Part shown: piece by piece, positions 18,276 to 27,749 of the stretch
Numbering within the stretch: the first letter of the stretch is position 1
How the letters are laid out: each line of letters starts with the position of its first letter
Virus record (IMG/VR): IMGVR_UViG_3300022841_000008
From: an uncultured virus (IMG/VR IMGVR_UViG_3300022841_000008)
Taxonomy: Duplodnaviria > Heunggongvirae > Uroviricota > Caudoviricetes
Direction: 5' to 3' (one strand)
Length of the DNA stretch: 56,796 nt
Translations under genes and position numbers: made by a program
Notes under the pieces: generated by a model
The model's database searches: none
What the model saw: only the letters and a program-made list of their open reading frames with translations
Told to the model about the DNA's origin: nothing

Positions 18276-18956
18276 TTATTTATCGCTTATAACGTAATTA
18301 TAAACCTTGCCCATAACATCGCTATTGCGTAGTTTAAGCATAAGCAGAGTTTGCTCATCTTCTACTAGCACATATCTACGATCCCAGTTCCATTCAGTAC
18401 GGATGAACCAACTTCTAACAGAATCTGTAAGAGTAATGCGGTTATTTTGCGCTGCAACCCAGGTTAGGTAATCTTGCTTGGCTTGAGGATCGCGTGCCAG
18501 TTGATGTGGCTTTAGGAATACTTTATATCTATATCTATCATGCGGCAGCTTTTTACTAAGGATAATGTGCTGATCGTTTAACAGTTCAATAGAGTTTTCA
18601 GAAGGCTCGCTACGATTTCTTACATTGGCTTCAAACTCTTTCAATACTGAAGAATAAAAATTGCGATCGTTAGTATACAGGTCCACGCAACCGTGTTCTA
18701 TACGTTGTGCCCACAATGTCTTGTCATAGTCTGATAAAAACTCAGCAACTGCTAACAGTTGAGCACGATTATTCCAGGCTCTTCCAGGAGTAGTCCACAT
18801 ACGCTCAGCAGGTTTTTCACTTAGATAAAAGTCTTGTATCTCACTTAACGTATGATTCCTAAGCATCCCTGCACCATTAATGTACAGGGATACTTTGTAA
18901 ACCCACTTGTTATAAAACTTCCGACGAGTTGTCTTGGCTTTCGGTAACATTAGCAT
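18276..18956 (-). CDS. hypothetical protein
   Basis: 226-aa ORF overlapping the 3' end of clpA. Confidence 0.75.
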   Translation of the reverse strand: MLMLPKAKTTRRKFYNKWVYKVSLYINGAGMLRNHTLSEIQDFYLSEKPAERMWTTPGRAWNNRAQLLAVAEFLSDYDKTLWAQRIEHGCVDLYTNDRNFYSSVLKEFEANVRNRSEPSENSIELLNDQHIILSKKLPHDRYRYKVFLKPHQLARDPQAKQDYLTWVAAQNNRITLTDSVRSWFIRTEWNWDRRYVLVEDEQTLLMLKLRNSDVMGKVYNYVISDK

Positions 18957-21279
18957 TTATTTCACTTTCTTTTTGTGCTGCTGCGGCAGCTTTGCGAGCT
19001 TTTCTTTCTTCCTTAGTTATTGGCTTAGGAATAGGAGCAACAGTAAATGATAGCTCGTTATTTTCAACACTAACAGTAACACGCCCACCGTCAACTAGGT
19101 CCCCAAACAAGACTCTACGGCTCAGCGGACTTTTGATCTTTTCATCAATAAGTCTAGCCAACGGACGAGCACCCATCTTGCTATCATACCCGTTAGTGGC
19201 TAACCACTTAGTTGCTGCTTTGTCTACTACGATTTCAATACCTTTATCTTTAAGTTGAGTGTTCAACTCGCCAATAAACTTGCCAACAATCTGTACAACA
19301 ACTTCTGGACTCAACTTACTGAACTTGATAACTGCATCTAAACGATTGCGGAACTCAGGCGCAAAAAACTTTTTAACTGCCTTGTCGTCTTCACCTACTC
19401 GATCTAGTCCGCCAAATCCGATAGTGTTGTTCTCATTGTCCCTAGCACCCAAGTTGCTGGTTAACAGTAAAATACAATTACGACCGTCAGCAGTCTTACC
19501 GTTAGACCCAGTCACAAATCCGTTATCCATAAACGCTAGCAAAATGTTTGTAACATCCGGATGTGCCTTTTCAATTTCATCTAACAACAGGATAGCGTTA
19601 GGAGTTTCTTGTAACTTGGTAATAAGTTGCCCTGCGTTATCTTCGTAACCTACATAGCCAGGAGGTGCTCCGATCAATTTAGCAACACTGTGCTTCTCTT
19701 GATACTCGCCCATATCGAAGCGAATAAGATTCATGCCCATCTTGTCTGCAAGCACTTTAGCTGTTTCTGTTTTACCAGTACCAGTTGGGCCAAGCAGTAA
19801 GAAACTACCGATAGGCTTGTTAGGACTCTTCATTCCAGCTTGTGCTACGAAGATTTTGTCAAGCAATATACCAACAGCAGTGTCTTGACCGTACACAGCA
19901 GTCTTCATGCCTTTTTCAAGATCTGCAAGATTCTTGCTTTCTTTCTGTGCAACACTTTCCAGCGGCATGTTAATCATTTTACTAAGTTCGTATGTGATCT
20001 GTTCGATGTCAACTAACTGCTCAACGCCTTCCATTGTAGGATCATCTTTAACTTTATAACGTGCAGCAGCACAGTCCAATATATCAATAGCCTTGTCTGG
20101 CAGTTTCTTATCAGCCATATACTTAATAGAAAGTTTTACAGCCTGTTCAATAGCAGCATCTGTAATCTTAACATTATGATGTTGTTCGTAATACTTCCTA
20201 ACGCCTTTAAGAATCTTAACAGCCATTTCCGGAGTAGGCTCGTCAACCGTGACACGCTGGAACCTACGCATGAGAGCACGATCCTTTTCAAAGTGCTTAC
20301 GATATTCTTCCCAAGTAGTTGATGCAATTAATTTAATAACACCTTTAGTCAGAACAGGTTTAAGAATGTTAGCAAGATCGTTAGCTTGTCCGCCACCACC
20401 TGCGCCGTTCATCATATGTGCTTCATCGATAAACAGAATAATATTGCCTTTCTTTTCAAGAGCAGCTAATACGTTCTTAACACGTTCTTCAAAATCACCA
20501 CGATACTTTGAACCGGCAAGTAATGCTGAAATATCTAATGAGTATACTTGATGATCCTGAATAAACTTAGGAACTTTTTTCTCGTGAATCTTGCGGGCAA
20601 TGCCTTCTGCAATAGCAGTTTTACCAACACCTGGATCACCGACCATCAGAACGTTACACTTGTTACGACGAGCAAGTACTAGTTGAATCTTTTCAATTTC
20701 TTCGTCACGTCCAATAACAGGATCAATAGTTCGTTGTTTAGCCTTCAATGACAAGTTTGTACAGAACTGATTTAACACTTTATCTGCATTATTAGAATTT
20801 GGCACTCGACGGTCCTGTTCTTCCTCTATTTGATTTTCTTCCAAAACAATGTTTTCTTGGAAATATTTTACAAACTTTTCTTTAGTTACTCTGCCTTTAG
20901 TAAGGAAGTAGAATCCAAAGCTATTTTTTTCTGAAAGCACACTGATAATAACATCAGCTACTTCCATACGTTGTCTTCCGCTAAACAACACCTGCGTAAA
21001 GCATCGATTAAGTACACGTTCTACTGAGTTAGTTTTCTTCGGCTTAACTGTGAGATCTGAGTTCTTAATATCGTTTAGATTATTATTAATATAATGCTCT
21101 AGATTAGTTTTGATAAAATTAGCATCAGCACCAAAACTTGCAAGGAGGTCGTAGGACTCTTTATCATTCATAATACCTAGAACAATATGTTCGATAGTAA
21201 TGTATTCGTGATGATGTTGTGTAGCAATGCTAACAGAATTTTCAAAGATTTGTTGCAGACTTTGACTTGGTTCGATCAT
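18910..21279 (-). CDS. clpA: ATP-dependent Clp protease ATP-binding subunit ClpA
   Basis: Clp N domain (HHHEYITIEH); two AAA+ modules (GDPGVGKT, FIDEAH; GPTGTGKT, LLDEIEKAH); ClpP-docking IGF loop; no long M domain. Confidence 0.93.
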   Translation of the reverse strand: MIEPSQSLQQIFENSVSIATQHHHEYITIEHIVLGIMNDKESYDLLASFGADANFIKTNLEHYINNNLNDIKNSDLTVKPKKTNSVERVLNRCFTQVLFSGRQRMEVADVIISVLSEKNSFGFYFLTKGRVTKEKFVKYFQENIVLEENQIEEEQDRRVPNSNNADKVLNQFCTNLSLKAKQRTIDPVIGRDEEIEKIQLVLARRNKCNVLMVGDPGVGKTAIAEGIARKIHEKKVPKFIQDHQVYSLDISALLAGSKYRGDFEERVKNVLAALEKKGNIILFIDEAHMMNGAGGGGQANDLANILKPVLTKGVIKLIASTTWEEYRKHFEKDRALMRRFQRVTVDEPTPEMAVKILKGVRKYYEQHHNVKITDAAIEQAVKLSIKYMADKKLPDKAIDILDCAAARYKVKDDPTMEGVEQLVDIEQITYELSKMINMPLESVAQKESKNLADLEKGMKTAVYGQDTAVGILLDKIFVAQAGMKSPNKPIGSFLLLGPTGTGKTETAKVLADKMGMNLIRFDMGEYQEKHSVAKLIGAPPGYVGYEDNAGQLITKLQETPNAILLLDEIEKAHPDVTNILLAFMDNGFVTGSNGKTADGRNCILLLTSNLGARDNENNTIGFGGLDRVGEDDKAVKKFFAPEFRNRLDAVIKFSKLSPEVVVQIVGKFIGELNTQLKDKGIEIVVDKAATKWLATNGYDSKMGARPLARLIDEKIKSPLSRRVLFGDLVDGGRVTVSVENNELSFTVAPIPKPITKEERKARKAAAAAQKESEINANVTESQDNSSEVL

Positions 21280-21312
21280 ATTTTGAATTATTCCTTAGTT
21301 TCTTTATAGTTA

Positions 21313-21342
21313 ATTGTAACACTGACAGCTATAGTATGTCAA
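21313..21342 (-). promoter_or_regulatory. sigma70-like promoter for clpA
   Basis: TTGACA-N18-TACAAT. Confidence 0.55.
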
Positions 21343-21346
21343 CAGG

Positions 21347-22183
21347 TTACAAGCCATCTTTTAATGTTTGTATTTTTTTAAGTTGATCTACTGATAAGTT
21401 TTTAGGAAAACTTACTTTGATCTTAATCAACAAATTACCTCTTACTTTTGATCGAATATTTGGTAATCCTTGCCCTCGACCACTTAATATCGTATCTGGT
21501 TGAGTACCACTTGGAATAGTAATACTAAGAGTTTTGTTATCGAGTGTTACAATTTCTACAGATGTGCCTAGTAATGCATCCCATACAGATATAGATCGTT
21601 CGATAGTTAGTGAGTCACCTTCGCGTTTAAATTCTGTATGAGGTCGAATGTATACGTTAACAATTAAATCTCCAGGTCTTGCAGCAGGCAATGAACTATC
21701 GCCCATTCCCTCATAACGAATTTGTTGCCCGTGTTCGATGCCTGCAGGGATAGATATATTAATAATCTTCTTTTGACCTCCTGGTATGCCAACTTCTGCA
21801 TTAAGGACTTTGCCTTGCAACACATCTCCAAGCATAATCTCAACATTAATATTAAAGCTCTTGTTTCGCGGTTGGGAACGTCGCTGCCCATTAAATCCAA
21901 AATTTGAAAACATTTCTTCCATGTTACCAGCATTAAAGTGAAACTCAAAAGGATTACCTCCTCCAAAGCCTCCACGCTGCTGATTGTTAGGATCTACACC
22001 TGCATCGACCATTTGTTTTTTACTTGGATCGCTGAGTACATTGTATGCTTCGCTGATACGTTTAAAGTCAGCTTCATTGCCTCCGCGATCGGGGTGATGC
22101 TTCATTGCCATACTTCTGTATGCTTTTTTAATGTCGTCAGCAGTTGCGTCTTGTTTTATACCTAGTGTAGAGTAATAGTCCAT
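21347..22183 (-). CDS. dnaJ: DnaJ-class chaperone (class B/CbpA-like, no zinc finger)
   Basis: J domain with HPD, G/F-rich region, C-terminal GDL...IPSGTQP. Confidence 0.93.
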   Translation of the reverse strand: MDYYSTLGIKQDATADDIKKAYRSMAMKHHPDRGGNEADFKRISEAYNVLSDPSKKQMVDAGVDPNNQQRGGFGGGNPFEFHFNAGNMEEMFSNFGFNGQRRSQPRNKSFNINVEIMLGDVLQGKVLNAEVGIPGGQKKIINISIPAGIEHGQQIRYEGMGDSSLPAARPGDLIVNVYIRPHTEFKREGDSLTIERSISVWDALLGTSVEIVTLDNKTLSITIPSGTQPDTILSGRGQGLPNIRSKVRGNLLIKIKVSFPKNLSVDQLKKIQTLKDGL

Positions 22184-22188
22184 AATAT

Positions 22189-22217
22189 ATTATACAATAA
22201 AAAAAGGACCACGTCAA
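22189..22217 (-). promoter_or_regulatory. sigma70-like promoter for dnaJ
   Basis: TTGACG-N17-TATAAT, with the -35 in a terminator loop. Confidence 0.7.
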
Positions 22218-22226
22218 GCAGTCCTT
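22199..22226 (-). terminator. rho-independent terminator after the lysis cassette
   Basis: GGACTGC-TTGAC-GTGGTCC followed by T7. Confidence 0.7.
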
Positions 22227-22253
22227 TATATTTAATGTAGATTCACCAATGGC

Positions 22254-22601
22254 TTATTTTTTCTTACCATCTGGAACTTTAGTTCCTTCATGTTTTTTAT
22301 GAATTTTAATAGTTTTGCAAGCCTGCTTTGCACTGCCATCTTTATTCTTAATAACTTTACCGCTCTTATCTTTAGAATCTTTACAGATTCGTTTAGTCTT
22401 TGGAGCTTCTTTAACGGCTTCTACTACTATTGGCACTACTTTAACGGCTTCTACTACTATTGGCACTACTTTAACGGCTTCTACTACTACTGGAGCTACT
22501 TTTAATTCTACTACTGCTGGAGCTACTTTTGCCGGCTCCAACTTAGCACATCCTGTTAGTGTGATTAAACTAGCAACTATTGCTGTTAAAATGTATTTCA
22601 T
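22254..22601 (-). CDS. lipoprotein with tandem 10-aa repeats
   Basis: Lipobox LTGC after a hydrophobic signal; VVEAVKVVPI repeats; basic C-terminus with two Cys. Confidence 0.75.
   Translation of the reverse strand: MKYILTAIVASLITLTGCAKLEPAKVAPAVVELKVAPVVVEAVKVVPIVVEAVKVVPIVVEAVKEAPKTKRICKDSKDKSGKVIKNKDGSAKQACKTIKIHKKHEGTKVPDGKKK
22411..22527. repeat. 30-bp coding tandem repeat (3 copies plus a degenerate 27-bp copy)
   Basis: ttaacggcttctactacta(t/c)tgg(ca/ag)ctact x3. Confidence 0.9.
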
Positions 22602-22611
22602 ATGTTATCCT

Positions 22612-22974
22612 TTATAGTTCTGGCTCAGCAACTGCTGCTGGACCTTTTGATACTGCTGTTGGAATCGGTCTTGCTATTGGAGCAGGAATTGTTACAGGCG
22701 CTCCACCATTGTTTGATCCGGTCATTTTTTCTTGTGTGCGACCAAATGCCGCTAATCCAAGTACTGCACCCATTGCTATGTGGTACAATCCGGCACCTTG
22801 TAGAGTCAATGGTTGCCACTGACTAGTAACTTGCCCGCCGTGTAGTGCTTGTATTAAACTCCATAATATTGGGGCAATTATAAAGTCAAATATACAGGTT
22901 CCCATATATGTCCAGCCCATCATCGGCCGCCACTTTGAATTCATCCAATCTTCTTTTTTTACTTCAACAGTCAT
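22612..22974 (-). CDS. holin (GTA 3TM-holin-like)
   Basis: WRPMMGWTYM...FDF, LGLAAFGRTQEK; located in the lysis cassette. Confidence 0.75.
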   Translation of the reverse strand: MTVEVKKEDWMNSKWRPMMGWTYMGTCIFDFIIAPILWSLIQALHGGQVTSQWQPLTLQGAGLYHIAMGAVLGLAAFGRTQEKMTGSNNGGAPVTIPAPIARPIPTAVSKGPAAVAEPEL

Positions 22975-22993
22975 CGCTCCGCTCCTAAAATAT

Positions 22994-23371
22994 TTACTTC
23001 TTATCTGCTTTCACAGGTTCGTAATACTCTTTATATTTAATAATAATTGTTCGTTGCGTGCTGATGAAATTGCGGATATCGCCCATTGACATTGATAATT
23101 GTTGGTACCCATCATCTGTTAGAGCAAATAATACTAGACTCTGCCCTTTTTCTTCCATCTTCTTAAATACTGCTTCTATATTATCAGGAGTAATTACAAT
23201 CCATTCAATAGGCCGTGCCTTTAACGGATCTGGGCTAGCAATGTCTAATGCTGTTTTTTCAATTGGTTTGCCAACAACTTCAATAGGTTTTACTCTACTA
23301 CCAAACAGATCAAAACTAGCACATCCTGTTAGCGAGGTCGCAAGCAGTATTAGGATTAATAATCGTTTCAT
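22994..23371 (-). CDS. o-spanin (outer-membrane lipoprotein)
   Basis: Lipobox LTGC; directly follows the i-spanin. Confidence 0.75.
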   Translation of the reverse strand: MKRLLILILLATSLTGCASFDLFGSRVKPIEVVGKPIEKTALDIASPDPLKARPIEWIVITPDNIEAVFKKMEEKGQSLVLFALTDDGYQQLSMSMGDIRNFISTQRTIIIKYKEYYEPVKADKK

Positions 23372-23865
23372 TGTGCTACCGCCTTGTAGTTAGGATTAGC
23401 TAGACTAGGACATTCTTTGTTAATCTCGCTTGGTTTAGTTGCAGCTGATTCTTTTTCAGTTAACGTAGCGCCTGATGCAATTTCTAAACACCTCATTGCA
23501 TTAGCAGTTCCTCGGTTGACTGCACGTTCGACTGCTAGTGGCTTTGCGCTTGCGGTGGAAGCAAAATTTCTTTTTTCACCGGATGCAGTGGTAGTGAACC
23601 TGTCTTTGAGGTTTTCCATATCTTTGTTTTGTAACTTGATCGTAGTGTTAAGTTCATTATTGATCTCCTTAATCTTTTGCTGATCGACTTGTATCTGTTT
23701 GATAACTTCTTGCTGTTGCGTAACTGCCTCGGTCACCTTGCGGTTATTTTCTTGGCTAACTGCTAGATCGGCACGTAGGCCAGTAACATACCATAGTCCG
23801 CTTGCAATCACTAGAACTATGATTAACGCTACTACTGCTTTAATTACTGAGCCGACTGGAAACAT
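23368..23865 (-). CDS. i-spanin
   Basis: N-terminal TM helix plus long coiled coil; follows the endolysin. Confidence 0.75.
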   Translation of the reverse strand: MFPVGSVIKAVVALIIVLVIASGLWYVTGLRADLAVSQENNRKVTEAVTQQQEVIKQIQVDQQKIKEINNELNTTIKLQNKDMENLKDRFTTTASGEKRNFASTASAKPLAVERAVNRGTANAMRCLEIASGATLTEKESAATKPSEINKECPSLANPNYKAVAQ

Positions 23866-23867
23866 GC

Positions 23868-24503
23868 TTAGGCTCCAAGTACGTGCAAGGCGTGTTCGTA
23901 ATGCTTTTTTCGGTCTTCAAGCCCGATCGTTCCACCGTTGATACGTTTAGTTAGTGTTAAGATATCTCCAGCGTCAGCCCATTGATTTAAGTTGTTGGTT
24001 TCCCAGAACCAGCAAGCACTCTGCACAGCACCTTCAAACGTTCCTAGATACTCTGGAACATCTTCTACTTTCATCTCTAAACTTTCAGCAAATGCTTCGT
24101 AGTTGTTACGACCAGTTAACTGAATAAGACCGCGTCCGCAGTAACGATATCCGTCGCCACTTGCTTCATCACCGTTGCCCATACGACTACCGTAGACACG
24201 ATTAGCAATTGCTTCTTGTTTGTTAGCACGCCCTGCATAATCTTCAGCTAATGCATCTGTTGGAAAATACTTTCCAAACACCTTACGCAAACTAGCAGCA
24301 CGATAGTTTAAATTTTCTTTGAGAATTTTAAAGCCTGCCGATTCGTGAGCGCATTGTGCAACAAATGCTGCTACACGTTGTGGGGTGTCTATACCGTATT
24401 CTGGTAAAATTGCATACAATGCATCATACCATTGACCAACATACTGATTACCATCAATCATCTCTGCTAGTTGTTCTTTTGTAAATTCAAATGTAAAGCT
24501 CAT
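23868..24503 (-). CDS. GH19 endolysin
   Basis: AAFVAQCAHES, ENLNY, YCGRGLIQLTGRNNY, TKRINGGTIGLEDR. Confidence 0.92.
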   Translation of the reverse strand: MSFTFEFTKEQLAEMIDGNQYVGQWYDALYAILPEYGIDTPQRVAAFVAQCAHESAGFKILKENLNYRAASLRKVFGKYFPTDALAEDYAGRANKQEAIANRVYGSRMGNGDEASGDGYRYCGRGLIQLTGRNNYEAFAESLEMKVEDVPEYLGTFEGAVQSACWFWETNNLNQWADAGDILTLTKRINGGTIGLEDRKKHYEHALHVLGA

Positions 24504-25246
24504 TAGTCCATCCTTTGTAATAACATAGCTTGACCGTTATTGTCAAACATAAATTTGTCGCCTACCTTGTTAATCTGGTAGTCGCCCAAAACTTTAGTTA
24601 GCCAAAATATTTCACTCATTGCATCTTGGTCCATAGTGATAGCATCTTCACTACCTTCTAAGATTGAATCTGTTGCGGCTTCTTTAACCATACGCAATTT
24701 AACCTGTTGATTAAAAGGCTTGTGAATTGTGATCACATCGCCGTCTAGGGTTAAGTCGTCCATTAGTGTCTTGCTAAAGAAACGCTTGACACCTTCAGTG
24801 CGTACACGAGTTATCAATCCATCGTATGCTTCTGGTGTTGCAGGAACAACAGACTTTAATGTTTCTTCTGTAGCTTCGTGTATGCTTTCTTGTTTATGAT
24901 ATTTAAATTTAAATTCGTCAATGCCTGTTAGCTTTTTAACACCGTAGGTAATTTCTTTAATGTGTTCAGCTAAGTTGCTAGTACGTGGAACTTCAACAAA
25001 TACAGAATACTCACCTTCTTCGTTCTCGCCACTTGATACATCACTGTCGAGAACAAAGTAATAGCCCTTCTCAATAAATTCCATTAGGTCATTTGCAGGA
25101 GCACGATCTTTAACTTGGAAACTAACAACACACACATCACGATCCTCGCCCATTTTAGAAGCGTGAACATCAACTTCAAAAGTTGGATAGATCATTTCTT
25201 GTAGATCTAAAGGACGTAGGCCTTCATTAAGCTGCTGGTTGTTCAC
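24503..25246 (-). CDS. hypothetical late protein
   Basis: Long ORF; probable GTG start (VNNQQLNE) overlapping the upstream stop; the ORF track extends it to 25303. Confidence 0.75.
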   Translation of the reverse strand: MNNQQLNEGLRPLDLQEMIYPTFEVDVHASKMGEDRDVCVVSFQVKDRAPANDLMEFIEKGYYFVLDSDVSSGENEEGEYSVFVEVPRTSNLAEHIKEITYGVKKLTGIDEFKFKYHKQESIHEATEETLKSVVPATPEAYDGLITRVRTEGVKRFFSKTLMDDLTLDGDVITIHKPFNQQVKLRMVKEAATDSILEGSEDAITMDQDAMSEIFWLTKVLGDYQINKVGDKFMFDNNGQAMLLQRMD

Positions 25247-25757
25247 TTGCCATCTCCTGTGCTTGCTGTTCTGCTGGATCAACGTATGCGTTAACTCCAC
25301 CACCTTGACTGATAATATCTTCTATCTTATTGCTATCCATCTCAGTATAACCTCGAGTGATATCATTCATTAATTTTTTAGGCATTGCAATCTTTACCAT
25401 CCATATTGGCTCGCGATCAATCTTGCCTTTCTTTGTGCCTGGTCGGATGTCACCTGGAACTTTAATTTTTCTTACTTTAGAAATAGTAGTTTCTGCGTAC
25501 TGTACTTTACAGCCGTATTCTAATAAGCGCTCTCCGCCTTTTGGCTCTGGCATTTTATCTTGCGGCCACATAAAAGTGCATTCTACAAAGTATCGCCCTT
25601 CTACAGGACCTGATACTAGTTCACCGTCAATCCAGTTGTCGTAGACGTAGGTGTCAAGCTCGTCGATCACACGCTCAAAGTCCTTTAGTAGGCTCAAGCT
25701 ATTGTTAGAACCGTAAAGCTGTTCTATGTTAGTTATAATGTCTTTAATATCGGCCAT
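25227..25757 (-). CDS. hypothetical late protein
   Basis: 176-aa ORF with GGGAGA RBS and an ATAAATA promoter. Confidence 0.8.
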   Translation of the reverse strand: MADIKDIITNIEQLYGSNNSLSLLKDFERVIDELDTYVYDNWIDGELVSGPVEGRYFVECTFMWPQDKMPEPKGGERLLEYGCKVQYAETTISKVRKIKVPGDIRPGTKKGKIDREPIWMVKIAMPKKLMNDITRGYTEMDSNKIEDIISQGGGVNAYVDPAEQQAQEMASEQPAA

Positions 25758-25901
25758 GTTATCTCCCTTTGTATTTATTCCGTTTAAAACTTTAACATAA
25801 GTTATTATATTCTTTCCAAAGTGTTAAATAACATTGTGTTTGGACATGGATAGACTGATTCCCAGGTCCGTGTTTAACATATAACCGGGGCATAACCTTA
25901 T

Positions 25902-26666
25902 ATGAAGCGAAAAAGACCGCAACAGCAAACTCAGCAAACTCAGCAAAATCAGAAAACTCAGCAGTATGATCCACGATTCGAGTCAAATGTCGTAAATATT
26001 GACCGAAAATTACAAGCTAAACGTAAGCGTGTTCAACTATATCCCAAAAATTTAAGCCAGGAAACTTATCTAGAAAAACTAAACGATGCCAAGAAGATGA
26101 TTATATTCGCTATTGGACCAGCTGGTACAGGTAAAACTATGCTTGCAGTTCAGTGGGCAGTAGATCAATTAAAAGACGGAGTAACTGACAAGATTATTAT
26201 TACTAGACCTGCGGTATCAGTAGACGAGGATCATGGTTTCCTTCCAGGAGATCTAAACGAAAAAATGGCTCCTTGGACTAGGCCTATCTTTGATGTGCTA
26301 GCGGAAAACTTCAGCTCGAAAGAGATCGAACATATGGTAGCAGAAGGAGTTATTGAAACTAGCCCATTAGCTTACATGCGAGGTCGTACATTCAAGAACG
26401 CAGTAGTGATCGCTGACGAGATGCAGAATGCAACTCCGAGTCAAATGAAGATGTTGTTAACCAGATTAGGAACTGAGTCTAAAATGGTTGTAACTGGGGA
26501 CTTACAGCAAGCGGATCGTCCTAGCAATAATGGATTGCTAGAATTTCTAAAACTGTTTAATGACTTTAAAAGCCATCGTTACGTTGACGTATGCCACTTT
26601 GGAGTGGAAGATGTCGAACGTCACGAGGCTGTAAAGGAGATACTGGCAATCTATAAAGACTCTTGA
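25902..26666 (+). CDS. phoH: PhoH-like ATPase
   Basis: GPAGTGKT, TRPAV, GFLPGDLNEK, YMRGRTF, DEMQN, TGDLQQAD. Confidence 0.95.
   Translation: MKRKRPQQQTQQTQQNQKTQQYDPRFESNVVNIDRKLQAKRKRVQLYPKNLSQETYLEKLNDAKKMIIFAIGPAGTGKTMLAVQWAVDQLKDGVTDKIIITRPAVSVDEDHGFLPGDLNEKMAPWTRPIFDVLAENFSSKEIEHMVAEGVIETSPLAYMRGRTFKNAVVIADEMQNATPSQMKMLLTRLGTESKMVVTGDLQQADRPSNNGLLEFLKLFNDFKSHRYVDVCHFGVEDVERHEAVKEILAIYKDS
25923..25964 (+). repeat. 9-bp tandem repeat encoding QQT/QQN/QKT
   Basis: cagcaaact cagcaaact cagcaaaat cagaaaact cagcag. Confidence 0.85.
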
Positions 26667-26908
26667 TCATCTTGGGGCAAATAGGGGGTAAGTTTATCCC
26701 CTAATAGCCTTTTATAAAACTCAAGCATATCATCAAAACCGGCTTCAGGGTTGAGGCCGTTTTTGATACACTTCTTTTCTTTGAAGTCAAGTATAACCTT
26801 TGCAGTTTGTATCTGCTTTACTCTTAGGTTATTTCTAAACTCTGTTACTTCGTCCCACTTACCGTTAGGCTTTTGATAGTAGTAAACACACATATAACGC
26901 TCTAACAT
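26651..26908 (-). CDS. hypothetical protein
   Basis: 85-aa ORF with AAGGA RBS, convergent with phoH. Confidence 0.75.
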   Translation of the reverse strand: MLERYMCVYYYQKPNGKWDEVTEFRNNLRVKQIQTAKVILDFKEKKCIKNGLNPEAGFDDMLEFYKRLLGDKLTPYLPQDDQESL

Positions 26909-26910
26909 AA

Positions 26911-27087
26911 TTATTCCTTAATTTGTGTTACTGTTACGCCTGACTTTTCCAAAAACGTAATACCACTAGTATCCCTATAAGCGTTCCGATATAAAACGCT
27001 ACCAATACCACTTTGGTAGATAAGTTTGGCACAGTCCAAACATGGAGCATGGGTAATAAACATGCTAGCATCACGACCAGATTCATT
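26911..27087 (-). pseudogene. orphaned 3' end of dCMP deaminase
   Basis: Translates as NESGRDASMFITHAPCLDCAKLIYQSGIGSVLYRNAYRDTSGITFLEKSGVTVTQIKE*, paralogous to the C-terminus of 27750..28277. Confidence 0.9.
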
Positions 27088-27724
27088 TCTGTATCTTTCC
27101 TTTTCTATAACCTGCGGGCATTAAGTCTGTAGGCATAATCATCATATTGGTTACTCCGTTAGTTATCCACATTTTGCCTTTGCTTCGTTTATTAGGAAGT
27201 TGTGCAATACGCTGTAAGTGACCGGATTCTGCATTTCTATTACCTTGAGTTTTTCCGCCTTTTGATGCAGACTTTAATCGCTCAACTGGATCACCAAACG
27301 CTCCTTTTCCTCTTGCTATTGTAGTGGCGCCACCTGTTTTACCGGCTGCTACTACATCACCTAACTTTTGTATTCTTGTCATATGCCCGGATTCTTTATT
27401 ACGACCGCCTTGTAGTTTTCCATTAGCAGATTGCATTTTAAATAAATCATCTGGATTCATTAAAGCAAACCCCCATCTCTCTCCAGAATGTTTTCTCTTT
27501 TTAGCAAGAGCAGTTCCGCCCAATGAGCAAACAAGTTTCTTAAACTTTGGATCTTGGCTCTTTCCAGATAGCATGTAGTAAGCACACAAATCTTCTTTTT
27601 TTCCGTACTGTTCATAAAGTTTAAGGTGTGCTTGCGAATGTTCTTCTACGGAAAGTTCTATCAGATTTGACGGATCGTCAGAACCGCCCATGTGTTTTGG
27701 AATAATGTGATGTTTGTGTTTCAT
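27083..27724 (-). mobile_element. free-standing HNH homing endonuclease gene
   Basis: HKHHIIPKHMGGSDDPSNLIELSVEEHSQAH HNH motif; repeated G-RN-ESGH segments; C-terminal KMWITNG module. Confidence 0.88.
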
Positions 27725-27749
27725 AAAAGTGCCTCAGCATGTAGTACTT

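Noticed and set aside
22411..22527. 30-bp direct repeats as a CRISPR array
   Set aside because: The repeats are contiguous with no spacers and are in frame within a lipoprotein ORF; there are no cas genes
27083..27749. Group I intron carrying the HNH gene
   Set aside because: The upstream deaminase is complete with its own stop, and there is no room for an intron core (about 25 nt upstream, none downstream)
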